Source: Felis catus | Taxonomy: Eukaryota | Direction: 5' to 3' | Assembly (NCBI RefSeq): GCF_018350175.1 | Contig: NC_058368.1 | Span: forward strand, 238,764,001-238,828,000 | DNA length: 64,000 nt | Shown here: in pieces, positions 49,250 through 61,300 of the stretch | How positions within the stretch are numbered: the stretch's first letter is position 1 | How the letters are laid out: every line of letters begins with the position of its first letter | Notes under the pieces: generated by a model | What the model saw: the letters and a program-made list of their open reading frames with translations, nothing else | The model's database searches: none | Told to the model about the DNA's origin: nothing | Translations under genes and position numbers: made by a program

Positions 49250-49301
49250 ATGGGCAAGAAGCACAAGAAGCACAAGACCGAGTGGCGCTCGTCCTACGAG
49301 G
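49250..49301 (+). CDS. BRD9: BRD9 coding exon 1
   Basis: Kozak GCCGCCATGG; MGKKHKKHKTEWRSSYE; donor GTGAGG. Confidence 0.97.
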
Positions 49302-52300
49302 GTGAGGCGGCGGGCGCGCTTTGTGACGTCGGGCCGGCCGGCGGGCGGGGGGCGGGGTCCCAGGCGGGGGTCCCGGGCAAAGATCCCGGGCTCGCGGGCT
49401 CGGGCCCCGAGGGAGAATCCCCGGCTCGCCTGCGGGTGGGGGAGGGGGGTCTCGGCGGGGGGAAGATTCCGGGGTCGCGGGAAGGTGTCCTGGGCGAGGA
49501 TTCTGGGATCGCGGGCGGCGGTTCCGGGCCAGGGCGCCAGGGCTGTCGGGCGTCTGGTCCGGCTCCTGCATCTGTGTTGGCTTGTCTGGTCTTGGAGAAG
49601 TTCGTCCCTGTTTGTCACCCGCGTCCCGCCTGCGCGTTCCTGCAGCCTCGGTCCTGTGTCTGCTGCAGGACAGACGGGCGTGAGCGCAGGCCAGGAGCTT
49701 AGGGAAGGCGGGGGGAGGGACCAGGCTCCTGGGCTCCCCTGCCTCCTTGTTCCTCGCCAGACAGAGCAGCTCGAACTATGTCCCTGAGGGTGATGCAGCA
49801 CCAGGGGCGGGCGGGACTGGCAGCCCTGGGGTTTGCTTCCCCATCTTTCCCTGATGGTGTTGCCTTCTGGGGCCTGGGCGTCCTCTCTGTTCCCCCTGCA
49901 CGTCGGGCCCCTGGTGCCTCTACACACCCCGAAGCTGCGGTCTCTGCTTCCAGATTATGCAGACAAGCCCTTGGAGAAGCCCCTGAAGCTGGTTCTCAAG
50001 GTTGGAGGAAGTGAAGTGACTGAGCTGTCGGGGTCTGGGCACGACTCCAGTTATTACGATGACAGGTCAGACCACGAGCGAGAGCGGCACAAGGAAAAGA
50101 AGAAGAAGAAGAAGAAGAAATCCGAGAAGGAGAAGCACCTTGACGACGAAGAAAGAAGGAAAAGAAAGGTAGAGCAGGGCGGCAGCTGGCCGGTGGAGGC
50201 CCCCAGCCCCCGGAGGGCAGATCACAAGGGCCGTGGGGTCTTAGGAAAGGGCTGTCCTGTTTGTAGCAAAAGGCGCACGAGCCCAGGGGGTGGTCGTTGG
50301 GGGGGGGGGGGATCTGAAGGAGAAGCGTCTCTGGAGGGAGGTTTGCTCGCTCGGCTTTGTGTTGCAGGAGGTTATTTAAAACTGCTTGCCTTGCTCTCGC
50401 TGCCCTGACTCTGCCTCACAGGAAGAGAAGAAGCGGAAACGGGAAAAGGAGCACGGCGACTCGGAGGGAGAGGCCGACGACTTTGATCCGGGCAAGAAGG
50501 TGGAGGTGGAGCCGCCCCCCGACAGGCCCGTGCGAGCGTGCCGGACACAGCCAGGCGAGTGGAAGGAACGTGTTTGGAGGCTCTCCTGGAGCGCGCCAGC
50601 TCGTCTCTGTGACACAGTGGTTGGCGTCGTGCTTTTCTGCCTTTTGGGGACGTGTGCGGGAAGGAGGGAACGGCGCTTTCTCTTCCAGGGCTCGACATGA
50701 AGCGTAGCTGGACCTGAGGTCTTGGTGTCAACTTGAACCTGTAGAGCAGGGTTCAGCCAACTGCCGCTCCTGTGCCCCCTCCCTTTGTCCTTTTTAAACT
50801 CACGAGCTTGTCACGGGGAGAAGGGAACTAGTGCTCAAATCAGTTGTTACTGAGGCTGTCAGGCACCACGAGGGCTGTGCCAGCCTCACCGGAGGAGAGG
50901 ACACTCGGGGCTCTCTAATCTGTGAGTGGTCACTTTCCTCAGGGGCTTTCAAATGGTCAGGAGGTACTGAAGTGGAGGCAGTTTTGCTTCAAGCGTTTCT
51001 CTTCTTGACGTTGGGTTTGACTGCCTGTGATTCAGGAGAGAAGGAAGCGGGGTCGTATGGCAGTCGTTGCCGAGGGTGTGGTTTTCTGGCAACAGCGGTC
51101 CCCGTGCAAGTCATTGCCACGGTGAACAGGTAGGACCCGGGGCCACGGGGCACAGTGGGCAGGAGAGAAGGTCAGGCATGAGACGGTTCGCTAGGTGAAC
51201 GTGCTCACGAAGCGCGTACAATCGCCGGTCCCTGCCGGCTTGGCCTGATCAGCTGATTGAGGTCACGCGTGCAGTGCTTCCCTTCCGTGTACCCGAAGGG
51301 GTGATGTTCACACTTGCTCTGGTCACTGTCACTATCGGGACCCACTCGTGGTCTGCAGGCCTGTTTGCTTCAGCCCTGGAACCGGCTATTTCTCCGAGGA
51401 GCCCTGGTTCCTTAGTGCATTCAGATGCTGAGGTCTGGGGGCTGGGCGTGGCCGGCAGTGGATGCTCTAGGTAAGAGCACTTGTGTTCTCGTGGCTTAGG
51501 GAACAGAACCTAGGCCGCCACGTGTGCTTACTACGTTCACCAGAAACCACGGTTCCACACCGTGGGCCAAGAGATGTAGTTAGTGGCCGTCCTCACAAGG
51601 ACCCCCGTGCGGTTGCATTCGTACCCGTTTTACAGAGGAGGAGCAGCAGAGGTGCGGCCAGAGGTTCTGGACCGCCAAGTAAAGTGATGGTCGGTGAAGC
51701 TCGGCCTCTGTGTCCTGGCCGTCTTCGCACCGTGTCTGGAACGTACTGGGTCCAGTCGTGACAGGGGACTCATACAGACTGACAAGTGACAGCTCCCTGT
51801 TGTCGTTTGAAGGATCTTGGCACTTTCTAAGGGGTTTGGGGGACTGATGCTGTGGTGGATGCCCCTCCCACCCAGCTGAGTTTTTTGGGGCCAGGGCCGG
51901 GTCTGGGTCGTCCTTGTACCCAGTTCTTGTTGGAGCCTGAAACACTGAAATGTGCCGTGGAGTGGGAGCTCTCTAGTGACACGGTACCAAGATGTTTTGA
52001 CTCATCGTTATCCTGTACTCTTTAAATTGTCAGCCGAGAACGAGAGCACACCGATTCAGCAGTTACTAGAGCATTTTCTCCGCCAGCTCCAGAGGTAAAC
52101 AGTTTCTCAAGAACTTGAGGTCGGGAACCTTCAGGGTGTCTTTCCTTGTGACGGGTTCTTCCCTCACCTCCCACACCCGTGAAGCAGACCCTTCGCCCTC
52201 CCTGGGTGACGCCCTGTCTAGCGGGGGGTGGGCCGGCGTGGGGAGAGCGCCGTGTGCCCGGTCCGTGCAGGGCAGGGGTGTTGGTGGGGGGCGGTCAGGA

Positions 52301-55300
52301 CCTCCACGATGCAGATGTCACGGCTCCAGCCAGGAGGGTAATTTTGGAATTTTTAATCATCAAAAACATCTACTACGCTTCTACAGAGCGTACATTTTAT
52401 TTCTTATTTTAAGGAACAAAACTTGGTGAATTGTATCATGTTCTTACCGGGAAACGTTTTGTATCGTTTGGAAATCTACATTTAGGGTTTTCCTGTTTAA
52501 GTAATGATGTTCTTGTTTTCAGAAAAGATCCTCATGGATTTTTTGCTTTTCCTGTCACGGATGCAATTGCTCCCGGATACTCCATGATAATAAAACATCC
52601 CATGGACTTTGGTACAATGAAAGACAAGATTGTAGCCAACGAATACAAATCAGTCACAGAATTTAAGGTAAACTAATTTCGGTTTAAATTGAAATAATTT
52701 GCTGCGAAGCTCTCTGTGTGTTTATGTCCAGTAAGTACTCTGTCCGTATCAGCTGGTTTCTAGTTGCGAGTGTTCATGGGGGCCTGAGCCTTCGGGCCAA
52801 GGTCTCCCAAAGGTTGCATCAGGGAAACTGGTATCTTGTCTGGAAGCTGTAGAGACACGTGAGGTCAAGCAAAAGTGTGTCTGATTTGGTCTGACTCCAG
52901 AATGGGTATTTTTAGAATTACAGTTTTTCCTAGTTTTTTGTCTTATAGTAACTGTGAGTTTAATTTTTTTTTTTAACGATAAATTTCTATGACTCTCTAG
53001 TGTGTAGTTCTGAACTCTGTTTCTTGGTACAACCGCGAGGCTGGAATTGCTTGTTAGCTTTGATCCCAGGGGCGGATCAAGATGAGTGCTTGACGCTTTG
53101 GTAATGATGTCATGTAGGAAAAGGCATCGGGTTTCTTTCTTAGTTTCTATTCAATTTGGAAGGCTTAGCTCTATCACTTTCACTTGCTGGTGACATGACT
53201 GAGTGTGTTTGCTGAGCCTCAGAGGCTGTGCCACGTGAAAGGGTACGGGGGCAGGCGGCCCTCAGTCCTCCACCTTCCTTGTCGGGCCCTGGTTTGCTCT
53301 GCTGCCCAGTGACGGTCCTGGATGTGAGCAATGTCCCCCCTCTGCCTTGTCCTCAAGACTGCTGCATCAAGGCCCACAGAGGAGGGGGACTTGAGGGCCA
53401 CGGGCCCAGCCCTGGGGACCTTGGCCGTGGGGCCAGTGCTGGGGCTCGGTCGGGGTCTGGCTGGCTTCAGCTGTCCTTATGCGTCCTCATGGCCAGCACA
53501 GCGCACAGTGACAGGTGTGTGTGCGGTCTGTAATTAGGTTGGGGTGATGATATATTGAAACGTCCAATAGCTTGCTTTTAACGTAAGCTGTTCAGCAAGA
53601 TTTCCCTTATCTTACAGAAAGCCTTTTTGCTGATGCTATTAGAGTAATTGGTGATAGACCAAGGTTTGAATTCTGTGTCAAGATCCCAGAGAGGGGACGT
53701 GAACGTGCTCAGCTCTCGGTTCATTCCTCAGCTTTTACTTAAAAGGACCTGGCTGTCACTTCTCGTTCCTACTTACATCTGATTTCTCCCAAAGCGGGGG
53801 AGCTGGAGATGGAGAGAGGGAGCCGCGATGTTCTTAGAACGCGCACGTGTTGGGGCAGCTGGGAGGCTCCGTCGGTTAAGCGTCCAATTCTTGGTTTCGG
53901 CTTAGGTCATGATCTCGTGGTTCGCGAGTTCAGGCCCCACGTCAGGCTCTGTGATGACAGCGTGGAGCCTGCTTGGGATGCTGTCTCTCCCCTGCTCACA
54001 CACACATTCTCTTTCTCAGAATAAAAAAACAGAAACAAGCCACGCGTGTCGCGCTCAGGAGGAAGCTCCAGGTTTGGCAGGCTTCTCACTGTAAGGTCTG
54101 AAACTTCCCTCAAAGAGTCGTTAAAAACCATTTGTTAAGCTGAAGAGCCTGGTTTAGTTGCTTGCCACTCAGTTTTAGCCTCTTGACAGGAATCCGGTTT
54201 TTGCCGGCATCTCAGTGGTTCAAACTCGACAGATTCTATTTTTTTCCCTTTCAGGCGGATTTCAAACTGATGTGTGATAACGCGATGACCTACAACAGAC
54301 CAGACACTGTGTACTACAAGTTAGCTAAGAAGATCCTTCACGCAGGCTTTAAGATGATGAGCAAAGTAAGAAGCCCGCGGCGGCAAGGAGCCACAGAGAC
54401 GAGGGTTCCCCTCTGTCTCGATGCCTACACAGAGCCCCACCCCCACTGACTGACATGCTTCCACCCGTCCATCACTGGCCGTGGTGCAGAGCCTCTGGAC
54501 ACATCCCAGGCCACCCTCCCCGCCAGGCGCGCTCTCTCTCTCTCTCTCTCTGCTCCTGCGCCAGCTGGAACGTCTCCTTTAGGGTTGGTGGAAAGTGCTG
54601 GATCTGTTGATCTAAGTGTGGGTGTCTGATGGATTGCAGCCAGCCTGTGATTTGTTTTACGTGGCTGCCTCACTGAGTCCAGACAGGACGTCTTGGCCGT
54701 CCGGAGTGGCTTCCCAGATCTGTCCCATGAGCCAGGTTGCATGCGTCACGCATCTAGGACCAGTGCCTTGTGCCTGACCGGCCTGTAGGTGAGGTGCGGG
54801 CCCCTGTGCCCTCTGGCCCGTCCCCCTCTGCCAGCCCCGAGCGCTCCCAGCCAGTCGGCCGCGCCTGTGGTGCTGACTCCCACCTGCACCTGCCGCGGTA
54901 GCGCCACGGGAGCCCGCTGTTAGGCCAGGCGAGGCTGCGGCCGTCCCCATCCCACCCATCGCCATGGCGCCTCGGCTGTGAGGCAGAGGTAAAGGCCTGC
55001 TGCTCTGTCCTTTTTGATTCTAGGAGCGGCTGTTAGCTCTGAAGCGCAGCATGTCGTTTATGCAGGACATGGATTTTTCTCAGCAGGCAGCTCTTCTGGG
55101 CAACGAAGACACAGCTGTTGAGGAGCCCGTTCCTGAAGTGGCACCCGTACAAGTAGAAACTGCCAAGAAATCCAAAAGGCCGAGTAGAGAAGTTATCAGG
55201 TAACGGGAAACGCACCTCAGGATTGTGAGTGAGGGTGAGCCTGTGCTGGCGCCCGTGTCCGCGGAGTAGCTCGCGGACCCCCACCTGCTGGAAGGAGCCC

Positions 55301-58300
55301 GGTCCCCAGCGGCCGCGTGTGAGCTCTGGTCTCAGGTGTTTCCAGGCAGCTGGCCGGCAACCTGGGCCAGCTGGGCCTCGTCACGCTAACGGACCTGGGG
55401 GCACAAGGGCAGGACAGCCTCTGCCAGCCACACGCAGGCTCTGTTCCAGGTGTGACACTGCTGTTCCCATATGCGTGTTGCAGTGATTGTTGGCCCTTCA
55501 CTCTGAAGAAGTTCCCTCACGTGCAGGAGGACACTTGATGGTGGCCTAGCTTGGCTGTCCCTGTGCAGGGGACGTAGCTGTGCTGTGTGAGGCAGGTGAC
55601 ACGCTTTGTGGGGGGGGCTTCATTCTCCTCGTACCTGACCCCCCAACTCCTGCAGCCGTCCACCCTGGGCCAGAGGCGGGGCCTTCTTGCAGGCTTGGGG
55701 TCCGCAGGCAGAGTTTGCTCCCGCAGCTCCTTGGATGGAGTCGGTCCATATGCTTCTGGAACCTTCCACGGGAGAGGCCACATCCCTTGGGCGCTGTACC
55801 CAGTGACCCTTGGCTGTTCGAATAAAGCTCTTCTCTGTGTGGGATCTGAGCCCGCCTGCCGAAGGCTCGGGACGCCCCTTTTGCCTCACGACCTGTGCTC
55901 CCAGCTCACCCTTGTTTCTGGCGTCTCCACGCTCCATGGAGCTTTGCCTCTTTTTCCAACGATGCCTCGAATGACATTGTGAGTAGTGAGGTTGCCATCA
56001 GGTTGCTCTTAGATCAACTCAGGTGTGCAGCTGAGACACGAGACACCTCCAGCGGCCGTTTGGGGCTCCCTCGCTGTTCGTGGAGGCCCTGCATATTGGT
56101 GCAGTTATAGCCACGAAGACAGGGTCGAGGAGTGCTCCGTGCCCTTGCTCCCAGCCTGTGGTGACCTTGGGGAGCGGTAGGGACTGACCGTGGTGAGGTG
56201 GGAGCAGCACGTGCCCCGGTGACGTGTGTGGTGTTCCTGCCTCGCAGCTGCACGTTTGAGCCGGAAGGAAATGCCTGCAGCCTGACTGACAGCACGGCCG
56301 AGGAGCACGTGCTGGCCTTGGTGGAGCACGCAGCTGACGAGGCTCGGGACAGGATCAGCCGGCTCCTCCCAGGGGGCAAGGTAGAGTCAGGGGTGTCCGG
56401 GCAGAGCTCGTGTCCCGCAGGCTCGCTTTGGGTCCCGTCACCGGCTCCATCTCTGGGGTGGGCGGGGGCCTCCAAGGGTGCCTTGCGGGCAGGAGCCTCC
56501 CAGAAGCGGTGTGTGATGCGGGGACGCTGCAGCAGGCTCGCCCCGTAGTGGGGATGTTGCCCACCGGCGGATGGACGTCAGGCCTGCCAGGCGTCTGCGC
56601 TGCAGCCTCCCTCTTCTCCTGGTGTGCTTGCGTCTCTGTGTGCCTCTGCTGCGCCCGTGGGTCCCATCTGACCTGGGCCTGGCCTGTGGGGGCCTCCCTG
56701 CTGTGCTTGGAGCACCCCCCTGCCGGGAGAGCAGACCGGCACCTCCGGTAGAAACGGTGTGGCTCTTGCGTGCACTTTTAAACGCGCTAGTCACGGTAAC
56801 AAGGACAGAGGCGACGTTAACCCCGGCACGTTTCCTTGACCTGGTGCATCCACAGTCTCGTCTGTGCATGTGGTCCATGTGAAGAACTCTTAGAACTTCA
56901 CATCCCTGTCTCAGACACGCGTTTTCAAAACGCGTATGGAGTGTTACGTCAAGGATTTTGAACAATGACGTTTTGCGTACGCCAGGTTACGTGAAGCATA
57001 CGGAGATGAATCTTTTACTTATCTTAAGCTTCCCTGGTGGAAAGTTTGCGGTTCCCTGTGTAGCTGATGTTGATCTGCTGGACCCGCTGGTCTGCGTGCC
57101 TGTAGTGCTTCAGCCCTGGAATGTCCCAGGCACTGGGCATGGCCCTCAGTGGCGCTGGGAAAGAGCCCTGGGGACTGTAGCTCGGAGAGGGAGGGCCGTG
57201 CTGAGCTGCGTGTATTCATCAGAGGCACGTGTCCACACCCGAACCCCCATTGCTCCCAGTGCTGGGCCTGTTTCCCTTTTCTCCCTTTTTGGGTTGTAAT
57301 TCCACAGCGAGAAACCTGACTCCTGTTCCCCTTAGTGCATTCACGTGGTCAGTGCTCACGTGATCAGCATTTACATGGTCAGTGCTCATGTGGCCGGTGC
57401 TCACGTGGTCAGTGCTTACACGGTCAGCACTCACGTGGTCAGTACATCCATAGTCAGCACTTGCATGGTCAGTGCTCACATGCTGAGTACTTACATGGTT
57501 AGTATTCCCATGCTCACCACTCACGTGGTCAGCACTTATGTGGTCAGTGCTCACGTGGTCAGTATATGTGGTCGTCGCTTGTGGTCAGTACTGACACGGT
57601 TAGTGCTCACGTGGTATTTACGTGGCCAGCACTCAGTGGTCAGCGCTTACGTGGTCAGTATTTACGTGGTCAGCACTCACGTGATCAGTACTGACACAGT
57701 TAGCGCTCACATGGTCAGTGCTCACATGGTGAGTACTTGTATGGTTAGTACTCACACACTCAGCGCTCACATGGTCGGTACGTATGTGGCCAGTGCTCAC
57801 ATGGTCAGCAGTGACGGGTCTCCTGTCCTCCCCACCCTGTATTCAGGCACTCAGGCCAAGGGTCCCCCTCTTCTCTTCCCCCACTCCCATGTGCAGGTGC
57901 CCCTCCTGGACCTTCCTGGGGGCCTTCAGAGGAAGAGGGCTTTTGTTCAGTGGTTTTCTGTAAGCGGAACTAAGTCCCTTGTGTTAGAGATGGAGCCTCT
58001 AGTGCCCGTTGATATGGCATTTGGTGACCAGGGTCCTGTTCTGGGTCATTTGGGTCAGGTTCTGACATCCTGTAAGAGGGCAGTTTCTGGGGTAAGCTTC
58101 CTGTTTCCGTATCTCCTTTAGAAGAATCAGGAACTAGTCTTAATCCTTTCAGCACACATGGGTGTGAAGTCAAGTTCGGGGAGGTATGAGAGAGGTCTCT
58201 GCGGTCTTTTCCATGGGGAAACCAACTGCCCCGTGACCTGTTGGGATTTGTGCACGTTAGGCCGTGCTCGTACGCCTTAGCTCTGTTGGCGTAGCGGCAG

Positions 58301-61300
58301 AGCACGTAGGGCCGGCCCTCAGGTGTGCTTCCTTGCAGATGGGCTATCTGAAGAAGGACAGTGACGGCAGCTTGCTCTACAGCGTGGTCAACACGGCCGA
58401 GCCGGATGCCGACGGTGCGTGGCCCCAAGCAGGGCTGGGGTTAGTCTCTGCAGCGCCAGGGAGTTTCGGCTTCGTAGCCCGTTTGAGATCACGGTTGCCC
58501 GTGCAGAGCAGGCCCCAGTCGCACGGCGTAGACAAATCCCATCCGGTGTTACTCCCCTGTCCTCCCCCTCCTGTGTATGATACGCAGCCTGCGTATGATA
58601 CGTGGACAGGGGGCAGCCATCCAACGGGGGCAGGGGTGCTGCTCAGACCTTTTCTGCCCCAGGGTCTAGCCTAGGCAGCCAGTGTAGAGCTGTGCTCCCG
58701 CAGGGCTGCGGTTCTACAAGTCCTCATGGCCTGACTTCCAGATACCATCATGAGGATCGACTCACACCCTTGTCAGGGCTCTCTGGGAGGAGCCAGAGTG
58801 CACAACTCCGTCGCACTCGTGGAGCTTGGAAGGGGCCCAGACGTGGGCTTAGAGGGGATGCCCTGTGTGATCATCGTGTTGAGGACCTTGAGGGGGGGCA
58901 CAGGTGCTGGATCTGCTCACCCGTGGGGAAGCCCTTATGTACTCCGTCTCTTTGAAAAGTATCTCGAGTTGATCAACTCGTAGCTTAGACAAAGTTAAGG
59001 TTTGAGAATTGTAGCGGCTGCTTTTTTTTTAAGTGCTTATTTATTTTGAGAGAGAGAGGGAGAGAAAGAATCCCAAGCAGGCCCCAGGCAGTGCAGAGCC
59101 TGAGGCGGGGCTTGAACTCACAAACCGTGAGATCGACCTGAGCTGAAATCAAGAGTCGGATGTTTAACCGACTGAGCCACCCAGGCGCCTAAGAATTTTA
59201 GTGGTTTCTGTAAATTTGATTTTAGCTGGTCTTTCTAGAGAGCCCCCCGTGCCTTCCCCAAGTGCACTCTGTGAGCCACTGCGGGAGCTGGGAACTCCCC
59301 GAGCCACCTGTTCACAGCCCGGTCCCTTTGCAGAGGAGGAGACCCACCCTGTGGACCTGAGCTCGCTCTCCAGCAAGCTGCTCCCCGGCTTTACCACACT
59401 GGGCTTCAAGGATGAGAGAAGGGGCAAAGGTGAGTGTGGGGTGGGCAGGTAGGGGCACGGGATGAGGGAAATCACAGGAGAGGTGTGGACCCAGAGTCCT
59501 CCCGCCATCTTCCTGGCTCACCTGTTCTTAGTACTGTGTCCAGATTCTGGCTCTGAAACTAGCAACGAGATTAAATTAAGGTCCTGTCGAGTGAGGGGAA
59601 TAAACATTTCACCGGGCACGCTCCTCTTTGCCGTCCACTCGTACCGGTCTGTGGGTCTCAGCCCCGTGCCGATCGTGGGTAGGGGTGAATGCCCGGGTGT
59701 CTGCCGAATGATGGTGGGCAAGTGTGGGAGATGGAAGGTTGGATGGGTGTGGCGGTGGAGGGAGGGAGGGGACTGGTGTGCTGGTCGCACTTGTGTGTGT
59801 GGCCGAGTGACCGAGTGACGTCTGTGGCTGGTTTGCTAGATTTGGAGTGTGTCGGTGTGCAGCAGTTTTGTTCCCCGGGGGACAGCTGGTGGCGTCTGGG
59901 GACGTTGTGATGGTCACATCGTGGTGCTACTGGAGTCTAGTGGGGGGGAGGGGCACGTCTGAGACGCATTGCTCTTGAGCTCTGACGTCATTCACGTGGG
60001 GATGCCAGCCGTGATGATGCCCCCACAGCCCCTTGAGGGATCCAGCCTCGTCCTGTGGGCTCAGTTCCCAGCAGGGCCTGGGTCGGCACGAAGCCCTTCT
60101 ACCAGCGCGCGCTCGCCTTGCATCGCGTAAACTGTCCTCCGCACCTGCTGCAGAGCCTGAAGTGCTGGTTCGGCCCGGAAGCTGCCACCGCTTCGGGTCG
60201 CTGGGGAGCAGCGATATCACAGGGAGGGGGCTGGGAGCGGGGGCGGGGGCGCCGCCCGCGGGACCGAGCGCGTCTCGTGCGGGTGTCACCGCACGTGCGT
60301 CTCACGTCTCGTGCTCTCCCTCTCCTGCCCTCAGTCACTTTTCTCTCCAGCACCACCACCGCGCTTTCAATGCACAGCAATTCCGTGTTCGGCGACTTAA
60401 AGTCGGAGGAGATAGACCTGCTGTATTCCGCCTACGGGGATGAGACGGGTGTGCAGTGTGCGCTGAGGTGAGCAGGGTCGGCACGGTCTGGAAGGTTCTC
60501 GCTTGCCGTGCGGGAGGAGCCGTTTCCCTGGTGGGTGGTTGGCGGGAGACGGCCGACGGCAGCGGGTCTGCATGGCAGAGGTTTTCGAGTTCTTTTCCAT
60601 AAACTACTGGTTTGCCACAGGTTGGTCTTGAAGTTCGGGTAACTCGGCTGTGCCTTACAAAGGTGACGATCCGGGCTGTAGTTTAAAAAAGAATGTGTGT
60701 GTGTGTGTAACCAACCACGTGTTTGGAGCTTGTTTCGTGATTTTGTTGGAACCTGGCTCGGTGGCTGTGTTTGTCTGCTGGGGCCACCGGAACCGTGCAC
60801 CCCAGCCTGAGGGGCTGAAGTGACAGGCATTCGTCGTCCGGCGGGGCCGGAGGCTGGGAGTCCGAGACCCAGGCGTGGGCAGGGCTGCTTTCTCCTGGGG
60901 CCTCTGTGCTTAGCGCGTAGACGGCCCTGGTCTCCCTGTGTCCTCACCTGCACGCCCGTCTCTAAGTCTGTGTCCCGGTCTCCGTTTCCTTCAGAGACAC
61001 CAATCGTAATGCGTTAGGGCCCCCTAAAGACTCCGCTCGAACTTCATCACCTTTGGGAGGCCACGTCTCCAAATAATACGTTCTGAGGTACCGGGGTTGG
61101 AGCTTCAGCAGAAGAATTTTGGGACGTGCTTCAGTCCCCAACGGTGACTGGGACGTGGTACTGAAACCGCAGATGTGGTGCCGTGTTTCTGTGGAACTGC
61201 TGTGTTCTGTGCACCAATAGAAGTAGGTCACGCCTGTAGAATTTTAGTAATTCTCCAGGAGGAAAGGCAGGTTTGGCGAACATCTAAGAAATGGATCTTT

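Larger units (their letters stand above)
48500..49700. promoter_or_regulatory. CpG island / bidirectional promoter shared by TRIP13 and BRD9
   Basis: Very high GC and CpG density; divergent ATGs at 48901 (-) and 49250 (+); ETS cores CCGGAAG 49072-49078, ACTTCCGG 49109-49116, GCTTCCGG 49122-49129; GC boxes; no TATA. Confidence 0.93.

Noticed and set aside
48689..49927. 337-aa and 373-aa ORFs across the promoter
   Set aside because: CpG-island read-through; only the short BRD9 and TRIP13 exon 1 parts are real coding sequence.
57345..58121. 258-aa ORF with 5-aa periodicity (VVSAH)
   Set aside because: Translation of the 15-bp intronic minisatellite; no exon signals supporting coding use.
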